DNA from: Candidatus Sumerlaea chitinivorans
GTDB lineage: Bacteria > Sumerlaeota > Sumerlaeia > Sumerlaeales > Sumerlaeaceae
NCBI GenBank assembly: GCA_003290465.1
Contig: CP030759.1
Span: 2,083,980 to 2,147,979, forward strand
Reading direction: 5' to 3'
DNA length: 64,000 nucleotides
The notes under the pieces are model-generated. The model did not search any database. It saw only the letters and a list, made by a program, of their open reading frames with translations, and was not told the origin of the DNA. Made by a program: the position numbers and the translations under genes. The first letter of the stretch is position 1, and each line of letters starts with the position of its first letter. Shown here piece after piece: positions 20,465-28,646 of the stretch.

Positions 20465-22387
20465 TTACAGCCACCCCGTTGAGAGTGCCACGTAATTAGC
20501 CAAAATACCAACCGTCGTCGCCGTAAGCCAAACGGCTGCACTCGTGGCGAGCGCAAATTTCCAACCTCGCTCTTTCTTCATCACAAAGAATTGTGCAATG
20601 CATGGGAGGAAGAGAGAAATCACGAGCACCGACACAAAGATTTGGCGCGGGTTGAGCTGACCATGATTCAGCAAATCCAAAAGCCCCGCAGCACCATAAT
20701 CGCGACGGAAGAAACCAAACAGGAACGCCGATGCTGCTTCCGCTGGCAGCCCCATCAGGCCAATAATTGGCACGATCAGTTTGATGACCGCCTGAAAGAG
20801 CCCCGTGAGGGTCCCAACCCAGATGATCACGCTCGCAAACAGGAAAAGCGGTAAGATCTCGATAAAGTACCAGTACATGCGCGAATACGTCTTCATGAGA
20901 ACGTTGGACAGTCGGGGCATCCGAAGCGGCGGAATCTCCAGATAAAAGGCAGGCGCCCGCCCCGGCACCGTTCGCGCTGCAATCATCCCCAGAGCAAGGA
21001 AGATAATCGTCATGAGCACACACCACGCGATGAAAATTTGGTGGTGGGTGCTCACCATGGCCAAAATGACCCCTAATTGGGCTGAACAGGGAATTGCGAA
21101 GCCGAGCAAGAGGGTCGCGATAATTCTTTCGCGGCGCGTCTCCAGAATACGCGTCACCACCGTTGCCATTGTGCCGCACCCGAATCCCAAGATGATCGGA
21201 ATCACCGCGCGGCCATTGAGACCCAGCTTCTTGAACACCCGGTCGAGTAGGAGCGCCAACCGCGGCAAATATCCACTATCTTCGAGGATCGAGAACATGA
21301 TGAAGAAAGTCCCGACAATTGGCAGGATCAGCGCAATCGCGTAGCGTAGGCCGAGCGTAAAGACCCCGTAATCGTGAACAAACAGATCCTGAAGAACAGG
21401 CCACGGAATGAGGCGCTCGACCCATGCCGTCAGCCACGGCGTGACGTATGTTTCGTAGAGATCATTTTCCAGAAAGTCCACGAGTGTCCCTGCCCCGAAC
21501 TGCCCCACAAACTGATAGACGCCGAAATAAAGCACCGCAAACGCGATGGGGACGGCGGTCCAGACGTTCATGGTGAGACGGTTTAGCACGCCGGCAAAGG
21601 TACTTGAAGAAGGTATAGGGAAACTTGCCACCTCCGCAAGCACACTGTCCGCATAACGTTGACGCGCCAAACGCAGTTCGAGTTCAAACTGCGTGCGCTC
21701 TTCCAGCTCCAATTCGTCGAGCAGCTCGGGCCCCACGATTTGCGCGGGGGGCGGCAGGGGCTTTCCCTCAGGAAGTACGTTAGCGGCGTACTCGCGTAGG
21801 ACGGACCGTACCCTCGGCGGATAATCAATCGGGGGAACTGGAGGCAGCTGAGAAATCCCATCGCGAATAACAGCGCACAGACGATCCATCCCTTCGCCCG
21901 TCGTCGCAACGGTCTCCACCACAGGAATGCCAAGCTCCTCACCCAATTGGGTGGAATCAATGGACACCCCCAACCGCCGGGCTTCGTCCATGAGGTTCAA
22001 CACCAAGATAACCTTCCGGCGTAGCTCGAGAAGCTCGAGGGTAAAGGGCAGCATGCGGCGCAAATTCTTGGCGTCCACCACCTGCACAATGATTGCCTGA
22101 GGCTCGCTCAGGATCATTTCGCGAGCGATTCGCTCCTCCTCCGAGATCGGAACCAACGAATATGCCCCCGGCGTGTCGCGAAGCTCATAGCCCGGAAGAA
22201 ACGGAGAGGTTCCCGTGGAAATGTCCACCGTCGTGCCGGGATAATTGGAAACGCTCACATGCCGGCCGGTCAAACGATTGAAGATGAGGCTCTTGCCGAC
22301 ATTCGGCGGCCCAACAATCAGCAGCAACTGCGACACGCCCTGCGATGTTGAGCCCTTCTGCGATTCCGAATGGCAAAGTTCCGTCAT
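20465..22387 (-). CDS. feoB: Ferrous iron transporter FeoB
   Basis: N-terminal G-domain (GPPNVGKS, DTPG) followed by a polytopic membrane domain; 640 aa. Confidence 0.95.
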   Translation of the reverse strand: MTELCHSESQKGSTSQGVSQLLLIVGPPNVGKSLIFNRLTGRHVSVSNYPGTTVDISTGTSPFLPGYELRDTPGAYSLVPISEEERIAREMILSEPQAIIVQVVDAKNLRRMLPFTLELLELRRKVILVLNLMDEARRLGVSIDSTQLGEELGIPVVETVATTGEGMDRLCAVIRDGISQLPPVPPIDYPPRVRSVLREYAANVLPEGKPLPPPAQIVGPELLDELELEERTQFELELRLARQRYADSVLAEVASFPIPSSSTFAGVLNRLTMNVWTAVPIAFAVLYFGVYQFVGQFGAGTLVDFLENDLYETYVTPWLTAWVERLIPWPVLQDLFVHDYGVFTLGLRYAIALILPIVGTFFIMFSILEDSGYLPRLALLLDRVFKKLGLNGRAVIPIILGFGCGTMATVVTRILETRRERIIATLLLGFAIPCSAQLGVILAMVSTHHQIFIAWCVLMTIIFLALGMIAARTVPGRAPAFYLEIPPLRMPRLSNVLMKTYSRMYWYFIEILPLFLFASVIIWVGTLTGLFQAVIKLIVPIIGLMGLPAEAASAFLFGFFRRDYGAAGLLDLLNHGQLNPRQIFVSVLVISLFLPCIAQFFVMKKERGWKFALATSAAVWLTATTVGILANYVALSTGWL

Positions 22388-22455
22388 GCTGCACCGTCAT
22401 CCTGTTGATTCATGGAGATTGCGCAAAAGTGTACTAAAATGGTCTTGTTTCTATT

Positions 22456-22471
22456 CTTGATGGAGATCAAG
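22456..22471. promoter_or_regulatory. 16-bp palindrome upstream of feoB (candidate operator)
   Basis: CTTGAT-GGAG-ATCAAG, perfect 6-bp arms, about 70-85 nt upstream of the feoB ATG in the AT-richest part of the spacer. No match to a Fur box that I can see. Confidence 0.2.
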
Positions 22472-22816
22472 CAAGTAGAAAAACTGTCCCTACAGCGGCT
22501 CGTTCGTCTGAGCTTGAACGGCTCGTCGCCGAGTTTTTTGCAGCGCAACGTCATTGCACGTGACTCAATTTACTGCGCGAGCAAACGCCTATTCCTCTTC
22601 CTGAGAAAGCGCCACGCAAAAAGCGCACGCGGCAGAGGCCAAACGAGCGCGGCTCCTCAAGAACTCCGGCTGACAAGGGCGACGAAGAAGGCCTCAGCGG
22701 CTTACTCTGCTTTTCTTCTCAGCGAACGCGAAAAGCCAAATCGCCTTTCAGCTTGCGATGCGGGTGTCGAAGTTTTGCGTGTGCCGGCCCCAAAAACGCG
22801 ATCAGTTCACCACGAG

Positions 22817-23968
22817 CTACCATTCAATGCCACGTAAGAGCTCGAGGCCCTCGTCACTGTCGAGGATCCATGAGTAACAGAAGATACTGAATCCCTCGAC
22901 ACCAAGCTTGCGAGCGAGAGCAGCTTGTTCGCGGATGGGGGGATGTGTCGGGCCCGAGTATTGGTCCACTGTTCTGCGCTGCACGGCAAAGATCGGCAGG
23001 AGTCGCGTTTTCGATTTTGGCGGTGTTGCCTCGCGCACGTAAATGATCCCGTTCTCAATCCCTTGTAAGGTGGAATCGTAAACCATCGGACAAATGGCAT
23101 CGAGGTAGCCCCGCCGGAGCATTTCGCGCCAGTTTTGGAACTTGGAGCTTTCATATCGCGCGCTCTCCGGCCCAGCAAAAATCGCAGCCGAAAGCTCGAT
23201 GGGTTTGCCCGATGCCTTCACGCGGTCGCGCGCCATGCGCACCATCGTCAGCACCTGCTCCTCGCGGAATTCGACCCAACGCTGCCACTCCGGGCTTGTG
23301 GTCACCCGCTCGATGGAGAGCGGATCCACGCCCGTGCGCTGCTTGTAAAGCTTGCGCGTATAATCGTCGTAACCGGCGTCGGGTTTGCCATCTGGATAGC
23401 GGATATAGTCAAGGTTGATGCCTGCCACGTCGTACTTGCGCGCAATTTCTTCGATATAGTCCGCAAGAAGCTTACGGACTTCCGGGTGTGCCGGATTTGC
23501 GAAAATGTGGGCTGGCTCGGCCTTATCCGTGAGGTTCCCGTCGCGCAACCGCGCTCGCCATTCGGGATGTTTCTCAAACAACGGTGTTTTAGGGAATTGG
23601 GGGTAAAGCTTCGTGTCGACTTCCCAGTAAAACGTCTCAATCCAAGCGTGAATTTTCAGGCCGCGACGTTTCCCCTCCTGAATGTATAGCCGAAGGTAGT
23701 CGGTCCCACGCATCTCCGGCCGCTGCGGCATGTACTGACTCGGAAAGATCGAAAACCCATGGTAAAAAGTCTCGACGTACACCGCATTGAAGCCGGCCCG
23801 CTGGATATCGTCGAGCTGCTTCGTGACGGAGGTTTTCGAGGCCTCTGGGCGAACCCAAACCCCAAGCAACTTGGGCCCACTTGTTAACCGTGAGGCGGAT
23901 TGGGCTGCCCCAACCATACACCAACTGAGCGCAACGCTCAGGCAAACAAGCCGCAGAAATCCTTTCAT
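22817..23968 (-). CDS. Secreted glycoside-hydrolase-like family 10 (GHL10/DUF187) protein, single-domain paralogue
   Basis: Signal peptide MKGFLRLVCLSVALSWCMVGAAQS. Motifs FNAVYVETFYHG, KIHAWIETFYW and GINLDYIRYP. AAGGAG 7 nt upstream of the ATG. Confidence 0.8.
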   Translation of the reverse strand: MKGFLRLVCLSVALSWCMVGAAQSASRLTSGPKLLGVWVRPEASKTSVTKQLDDIQRAGFNAVYVETFYHGFSIFPSQYMPQRPEMRGTDYLRLYIQEGKRRGLKIHAWIETFYWEVDTKLYPQFPKTPLFEKHPEWRARLRDGNLTDKAEPAHIFANPAHPEVRKLLADYIEEIARKYDVAGINLDYIRYPDGKPDAGYDDYTRKLYKQRTGVDPLSIERVTTSPEWQRWVEFREEQVLTMVRMARDRVKASGKPIELSAAIFAGPESARYESSKFQNWREMLRRGYLDAICPMVYDSTLQGIENGIIYVREATPPKSKTRLLPIFAVQRRTVDQYSGPTHPPIREQAALARKLGVEGFSIFCYSWILDSDEGLELLRGIEW

Positions 23969-23986
23969 GGTCGCTCTCCTTTTCGC

Positions 23987-24844
23987 CTATGGACGCTGTT
24001 TGAGATCCACCCACGCACCATCCTTCGCCGCCGACTCTTCGGCACCCCGAAGCACCGCCACACTATCAAGCATCTCCGTGACTGGGATGGGCGAAACCCG
24101 AGTACAGAAAAACTCGAGTACTGCTCGCATTAGATTTTCATAGAATTCCTCGTAGCGAGTCACAGTGGCCACATGGTAGCGATTCGCACTGAGGATCCCG
24201 ACTTGCCACGGAACGGCTTCCTGCTGATTCTCGGCACTGCGTACCTCGATGAACGCACGCACGTCACCGGCGTCGAGCGTGACAAGACGAGCATGGGCAT
24301 CGCCGGTATCACGAACTCGCTGCACAGGCCGCCCCAAAACCCGAAGTGCGGGTGCGAGCGTGTGGATGCCGTAGCCAGCCCAGTTCCCAAATCCTCGTGA
24401 GAACACCGATTCGACTGGTCCCGCCAAGCCAGCCAACAGTTGCTCAAGTTCGGATGCAAATCGCAAGGCTGAGCTGCTCATAATTGGCGTGCCGTGGCGC
24501 TCGGCCAACTCCACCATTGCTTCCGAATCGGCAACGGTTTCGGCCAGGACTTTGTCCACAAACACGGGCTTGCCAGAGGCGAGGGCCGCCTGGGCGAGGG
24601 GGCGATGGGCTTCAAAATTGTCAGGGGCAAGAACAAGAATAGCATCGCTTTTTTCGACAACCTCTTCTGGAGAAGCGGCCCGTGAGACGCCGTGCGTGGC
24701 GCACCAGTCCTCCCCCGACGTCGGAGCGCATTCATAAGCAGCACAAAGCTCTACTGAACCCTGACCAATCTTCTCGACCAACAGTCGACGAAAAACCTCA
24801 GCATGGTAATTATGTAAGTGGTGATCAATGAATCCAACTTTCAC
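23987..24844 (-). CDS. Gfo/Idh/MocA-like oxidoreductase with a degenerate dinucleotide motif
   Basis: Family-like layout (KVGFID..., VLAPDNFEAH, VFVDKVLA in place of EKP). The glycine-rich loop is not canonical. GTG start with GGGAGG upstream. Confidence 0.65.
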   Translation of the reverse strand: MKVGFIDHHLHNYHAEVFRRLLVEKIGQGSVELCAAYECAPTSGEDWCATHGVSRAASPEEVVEKSDAILVLAPDNFEAHRPLAQAALASGKPVFVDKVLAETVADSEAMVELAERHGTPIMSSSALRFASELEQLLAGLAGPVESVFSRGFGNWAGYGIHTLAPALRVLGRPVQRVRDTGDAHARLVTLDAGDVRAFIEVRSAENQQEAVPWQVGILSANRYHVATVTRYEEFYENLMRAVLEFFCTRVSPIPVTEMLDSVAVLRGAEESAAKDGAWVDLKQRP

Positions 24845-24941
24845 TTCCGGCTAAACCTCCCATTATTTTGATCACGAAATATCGCCCAAAATCCAAATGC
24901 AAGGAGGATTTCCAGGGGCAATTTACAGTAATTTAGGTAAC

Positions 24942-24976
24942 AAAAAAGCGCCTTCCGACTGTTTGCCGGAAGGCGC
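24942..24976 (-). terminator. Rho-independent terminator of the DUF5666-repeat gene
   Basis: On the minus strand, a perfect 10-bp stem GCGCCTTCCG / CGGAAGGCGC with a 9-nt loop, followed by TTTTTT. Lies about 90 nt downstream of the stop at 25064. Confidence 0.75.
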
Positions 24977-25063
24977 CCAAGCCACCGTAAGGTTCGACTA
25001 CTTCACGATGTACGTCGAGCGCGAGTGGGGGAGTACACCATTCAGTGGCCCTCTAAGGCGACC

Positions 25064-26131
25064 TCAACGACGCTTCGCTTCAATCTTCACTGCAATCAGC
25101 GTAGTGGAAACATATTTGGCCTCGGCTTTATCGCCAACCTGAAGATCCGCGAGTGTGGCTTGCCGGCCATTACGTTTGATGGAAGTCGTCGAGTCAACCA
25201 GTAAGGTGACTGGTGCCCCACCTCTCTTTGGCGTAATCGTCACTGAGTTGAGTCCGAGGTCAACGCCGCTAATCGTCCCCTCGACTTTAGCCAAGCCGGG
25301 GGCAGGAGATGGAGGTGTCGCGCTTTTCGCTTTGATCTTAAGGGCGACGCCTGTCACCGGGTCGTACTTAGCCTCGCACTTATCTCCCACTTGAAGGTCG
25401 CTCAGAGTGGCTGCCATCTCATTGCGGGTGATGGAAGTGGTCGAGTCTACCAGTAGGGTGACTGGAGCTCCACCGCTCTTCGGCGTGATGGTCACTGAGT
25501 TGAGTCCGAGGTCAAGGCCGCTAATCGTCCCCTCGACTTCCGCTAACCCGGGGCCAGGGGGTGGAAGCGTGGCGCTCTTCGCCTCAATCTTGATGGCGAC
25601 AGAGGTCGTCGGATTGTATTTCACCTCGACGCAATCGCCAACCTGAATATCGGCTAACGTAGCTGGCGCATCGTCCCGCTCGATCTTGGTGGTTGCGTCC
25701 ACTTGAACCGTGACCGAGCCACTCGTCAACGTGGACGTAACAGTCAATGTCCCGAGTAGGGGATCCACTGCTGTAACCGTGCCCTTAACTTCTGCCGTTG
25801 GCGTCGAGCCACTCCCCGGCGACTTCACCTCGATCTTGCTCGCAACAAGCGTCGTGGGATTATACTTCACTTCTACAGAATCCCCCACCAGAAGGTCGGC
25901 AAGTCCTGCCGCTCGCCTGTTACGCGTGATTCGGGTCGAAGCATCCACAGTGACCGTGACGTCCGCTCCTCCACGTGCGGGCGTCACAGTCACTGTGCTG
26001 CCGATTAGGTCAATGGCACTGATCGTTCCTTTGACCTTCACTCCGGCGCGATCCGCCACCGCTGGAAGCGCCAAGGCAACAATGGCTGCAAGGATTAGGC
26101 CCCTTGCTAAGGCCTTTGCTAAACTTCTCAT
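25064..26131 (-). CDS. Secreted protein made of four DUF5666-like tandem modules
   Basis: Signal peptide MRSLAKALARGLILAAIVALALPAVA, then four ~84-aa modules (..GTIS.IDL....VTVTP..GG..VT..VD..T.I.R......L.DL.VGD..E.KY......A.KIE.K) joined by Pro/Gly/Ser linkers. ATG 26131 is preceded by AAGGAGG with a 6-nt spacer. The ORF-track start at 26212 was rejected. Confidence 0.8.
   Translation of the reverse strand: MRSLAKALARGLILAAIVALALPAVADRAGVKVKGTISAIDLIGSTVTVTPARGGADVTVTVDASTRITRNRRAAGLADLLVGDSVEVKYNPTTLVASKIEVKSPGSGSTPTAEVKGTVTAVDPLLGTLTVTSTLTSGSVTVQVDATTKIERDDAPATLADIQVGDCVEVKYNPTTSVAIKIEAKSATLPPPGPGLAEVEGTISGLDLGLNSVTITPKSGGAPVTLLVDSTTSITRNEMAATLSDLQVGDKCEAKYDPVTGVALKIKAKSATPPSPAPGLAKVEGTISGVDLGLNSVTITPKRGGAPVTLLVDSTTSIKRNGRQATLADLQVGDKAEAKYVSTTLIAVKIEAKRR
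25131..25634. repeat. Two tandem 252-bp coding repeats (modules 3 and 4 of the DUF5666-like protein)
   Basis: Offset is exactly 252 nt. Hand alignment of 25181-25287 against 25433-25539 gives 10 mismatches in 107 nt, including identical runs of 23 nt. Two further, much more diverged copies extend to about 26050. Confidence 0.85.
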
Positions 26132-26189
26132 AATGTACCTCCTTGGTATTAATTTTGAACCCTTCATCGGGGCACACCTAAGACATAGT

Positions 26190-26233
26190 TTGCAAGAAAA
26201 AAAACATCTCATTGCAAGAAAAAAAACATCTCA
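26190..26233. repeat. Perfect 22-bp tandem direct repeat (2 copies) in a divergent promoter region
   Basis: TTGCAAGAAAAAAAACATCTCA occurs at 26190-26211 and again at 26212-26233. Each unit holds the palindromic hexamer TTGCAA and an A8 tract. Lies 59 nt from the DUF5666-gene ATG. Confidence 0.9.
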
Positions 26234-26448
26234 CATCTGGATGGATTTTGAAATTCGGCCCGAACCTTGGGTTGTCTGCATTCGCGGTATAAGAATCGAA
26301 TCCTATACGAGTCGAGTCACACAACAGTGGGGACGAATTCTCCAGTTGAATCGATAGATCAAGGCACGTTGTTCCGCGTTGCGAATTCCAATTGCCCACA
26401 AGTTCGCTCGTCGATAAGCAAGTTAGGTACGATCGAGAACACGAAACG

Positions 26449-27840
26449 ATGCTAAAAAAAGGCCAAGAAACAGAAGTTACGATTGAGCGTCTTGCATTTG
26501 GTGGGCGCGGTGTTGCGCGAGTGAACGGGTTTGTGGTTTTCGTGGACGCTGCTGCACCGGCGGAGCGTGCGCGCGTGCGTATCACACGTGTAAAACCGCA
26601 GTATGCCGAGGCACAGTTGACGGAAATCCTCCAGCCTTCCGGCGCTCGAGTGGAACCGCCCTGCCCGCTTTTTGGCCGCTGCGGCGGGTGCAAGCTCCAA
26701 CACATCACGTATGAGGAGCAACTTCGGCAGAAACAAAGTCAGGTGGAAGAAACCCTCCAACACCTCGGCGGAGTGGAGGTACCTTCGCCGCAGCCGATTC
26801 TCCCCTCACCCGAGCAGTGGGGGTATCGAAATAAAATGGAGTTTGCCATCGGGAAGGCATCCGACGGCCGCATCGCAATCGGTTTCCACACTCCCGGCGA
26901 TTTCCGCACCGTTCTCGATGTTGAGCGGTGCTTGCTGCAATCGGACCAGCTGAATGCGGTCCTTGAGTTTTTTCGCCACGAGTTGGATGCACTTGCGAGG
27001 CGCGAACCAGAGTTTGCGGTGCCGTATGATCCGGTCAGCCACGAGGGCGTGTTGCGCCACCTCATTTTGCGCGAGAGCAAATCCAGTGGCCAGTTTCTCG
27101 CTGCACTCTTGACCGCGGAGAAGAATTCGCGCGCGATCCCTGACCTTGCTCAGAAACTGCTACGGACGTTCCCCTCATGCCGCGGATTCATTTGGGGGCT
27201 CAATCGCGGAGTGAGTGATGTGGCGCGTATGGAAGAAAAGGTTTTCCAGTTGGGTGAAGGCTGGATGGAGGAACGTCTTGGCGACAAACGCTATCGTGTC
27301 TCCATGTTCTCCTTCTTTCAGACCAATTCCCGCGCGGCAAAGGCACTCTATGACGTCGTGCGCGAGTTTGCTGAGCTGTCGGGGCGCGAACAGGTGCTCG
27401 ACGCCTACTGCGGCACCGGCTCGATCGGCATCTACCTTGCGGACGCTGCCCAACGGGTCATCGGAATCGAGGTGGTGCGCGAAGCTGTTTGGGATGCCCG
27501 GCACAATGCCCAGCTCAACAACGCAACCAATTGCGTTTTTCTCGCGGGCGAGATGCGCGAGGTCCTCCCCACCGTGCCAACAATCGTGGGAGGCAAGTTC
27601 GATCGCGTGATTCTCGACCCACCGCGCGGCGGCATGGACAAACGTTCTCTCAAGCTCCTCATTGGCATCGGCGCACCGATCCTCGTATACGTTTCGTGCA
27701 ATCCTGCAACTCTTGCCCGCGACACGGCCACGCTTGTGGCCGCAGGTTACCGCCCGGAACGAGCCCAACCGGTGGACATGTTTCCACACACACATCATGT
27801 CGAAACGGTTGTAAAGTTTCGGCGGGAGATATCACCATGA
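26449..27840 (+). CDS. rlmD: 23S rRNA (uracil-C5)-methyltransferase, RumA/RlmD type
   Basis: N-terminal TRAM domain, RumA-type Fe-S cysteines CPLFGRCGGCKLQH, SAM motifs DAYCGTGSIG and DPPRGG, catalytic Cys in YVSCNPATLARD. ATG 26449 chosen. Confidence 0.88.
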   Translation: MLKKGQETEVTIERLAFGGRGVARVNGFVVFVDAAAPAERARVRITRVKPQYAEAQLTEILQPSGARVEPPCPLFGRCGGCKLQHITYEEQLRQKQSQVEETLQHLGGVEVPSPQPILPSPEQWGYRNKMEFAIGKASDGRIAIGFHTPGDFRTVLDVERCLLQSDQLNAVLEFFRHELDALARREPEFAVPYDPVSHEGVLRHLILRESKSSGQFLAALLTAEKNSRAIPDLAQKLLRTFPSCRGFIWGLNRGVSDVARMEEKVFQLGEGWMEERLGDKRYRVSMFSFFQTNSRAAKALYDVVREFAELSGREQVLDAYCGTGSIGIYLADAAQRVIGIEVVREAVWDARHNAQLNNATNCVFLAGEMREVLPTVPTIVGGKFDRVILDPPRGGMDKRSLKLLIGIGAPILVYVSCNPATLARDTATLVAAGYRPERAQPVDMFPHTHHVETVVKFRREISP

Positions 27841-28646
27841 GAGAAAACACCATCCGGCGTCCGATCCGGCTTCTTGTTTTTGACATTGATGGCTGCTTAT
27901 CGCGTGGCAGCATGCACCCGTTTGACCTTGCTGTTCTTCAGGCCCTGCGCGATGCAAACATGCAGGCGCGCACCGATCCCGCTGTACCGGCAGTGACGTT
28001 TTGCACTGGCCGGCCCCAGCCGTATGTTGAGTGCTTGATCCAAGCGACTGCAGGCTACATCCCGGCGCTGTGCGAAGGGGGTACGGTCCTATTCGACCCG
28101 GTCAGCCATGCAGTGCTCACGCACGCAAGTTTTGGCCCGCGCGAAGAACGCTTGCTCGCCCTCTTGCGCGAACGCGTTGAGCGCGAACTCGTAGATGAAC
28201 ACGTGATGTTCGAACCGGGCAAGGTCACGCACCTCACCCTCCTCGTCACTTCGCCGCGCTCACCACAAGAACTCCTGCCCGCCGCCATGGAAATTGCCGC
28301 GGCATTCCCGAATGAGTTCGATGTGGAGACGACGCGCATTTGTGTGCATTTTCTTTTCAAACATCTCCACAAGGGCACAGGTGTCGAATGGCTAAGCCAA
28401 CACACGGGTGTGGCGCCTGAAGAGATGGCCGGGATGGGGGACGCCCGCCCCGATATCACGTTCTTAGAAAAAATGGGAATTGCCGGAGCGCCCGCCAATG
28501 CGCACGAGGACGTCAAAGCCGTAGCGGATTTTGTGAGTGCGCATGAGGACGCTCAAGGAGCGATCGATTTCTTAAATTACGTGATTGCTCAAAACCAACG
28601 AGTTTTGAATGATGGCGTCACGGAAGGGAGTGGTCGCGAACTATGA
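27837..28646 (+). CDS. HAD-superfamily (Cof/IIB-like) phosphatase
   Basis: DxD nucleophile FDIDGCL, TGR, and K...GMGDARPD (GDxxxD). ATG 27837 overlaps the rlmD stop (ATGA). The ORF-track 5' extension is out-of-frame overlap with rlmD. Confidence 0.8.
   Translation: MRENTIRRPIRLLVFDIDGCLSRGSMHPFDLAVLQALRDANMQARTDPAVPAVTFCTGRPQPYVECLIQATAGYIPALCEGGTVLFDPVSHAVLTHASFGPREERLLALLRERVERELVDEHVMFEPGKVTHLTLLVTSPRSPQELLPAAMEIAAAFPNEFDVETTRICVHFLFKHLHKGTGVEWLSQHTGVAPEEMAGMGDARPDITFLEKMGIAGAPANAHEDVKAVADFVSAHEDAQGAIDFLNYVIAQNQRVLNDGVTEGSGREL

Noticed and set aside
22412-22837. 141-aa ORF filling the feoB upstream spacer
   Set aside because: It is Arg/Ser/Leu-rich, has no ribosome-binding site, and runs into the 3' end of the GHL10 gene on the other strand. 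I treated it as non-coding.
25131-25634. Possibility that the two near-identical 252-bp repeats are a DGR template and variable repeat pair
   Set aside because: Hand alignment shows substitutions of all types, not adenine-specific ones. Both copies are in-frame modules of one protein, and no reverse transcriptase is in the window.
26132-26212. Longer N-terminus (MRCFFSCKLCLRC...) for the DUF5666-like protein as given in the ORF track
   Set aside because: The internal ATG 26131 has a perfect AAGGAGG and starts directly with a signal peptide. The extension would run through the 22-bp tandem repeat and is Cys/Phe-rich.
26190-26233. Possibility of a minimal CRISPR array
   Set aside because: There are only two directly abutting 22-bp units, with no spacers and no cas genes. 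It is a simple tandem duplication.
27489-27836. N-terminal extension of the HAD ORF
   Set aside because: It overlaps rlmD out of frame and is Arg/Pro-rich. The conserved DxD nucleophile motif lies right after ATG 27837, which overlaps the rlmD stop.
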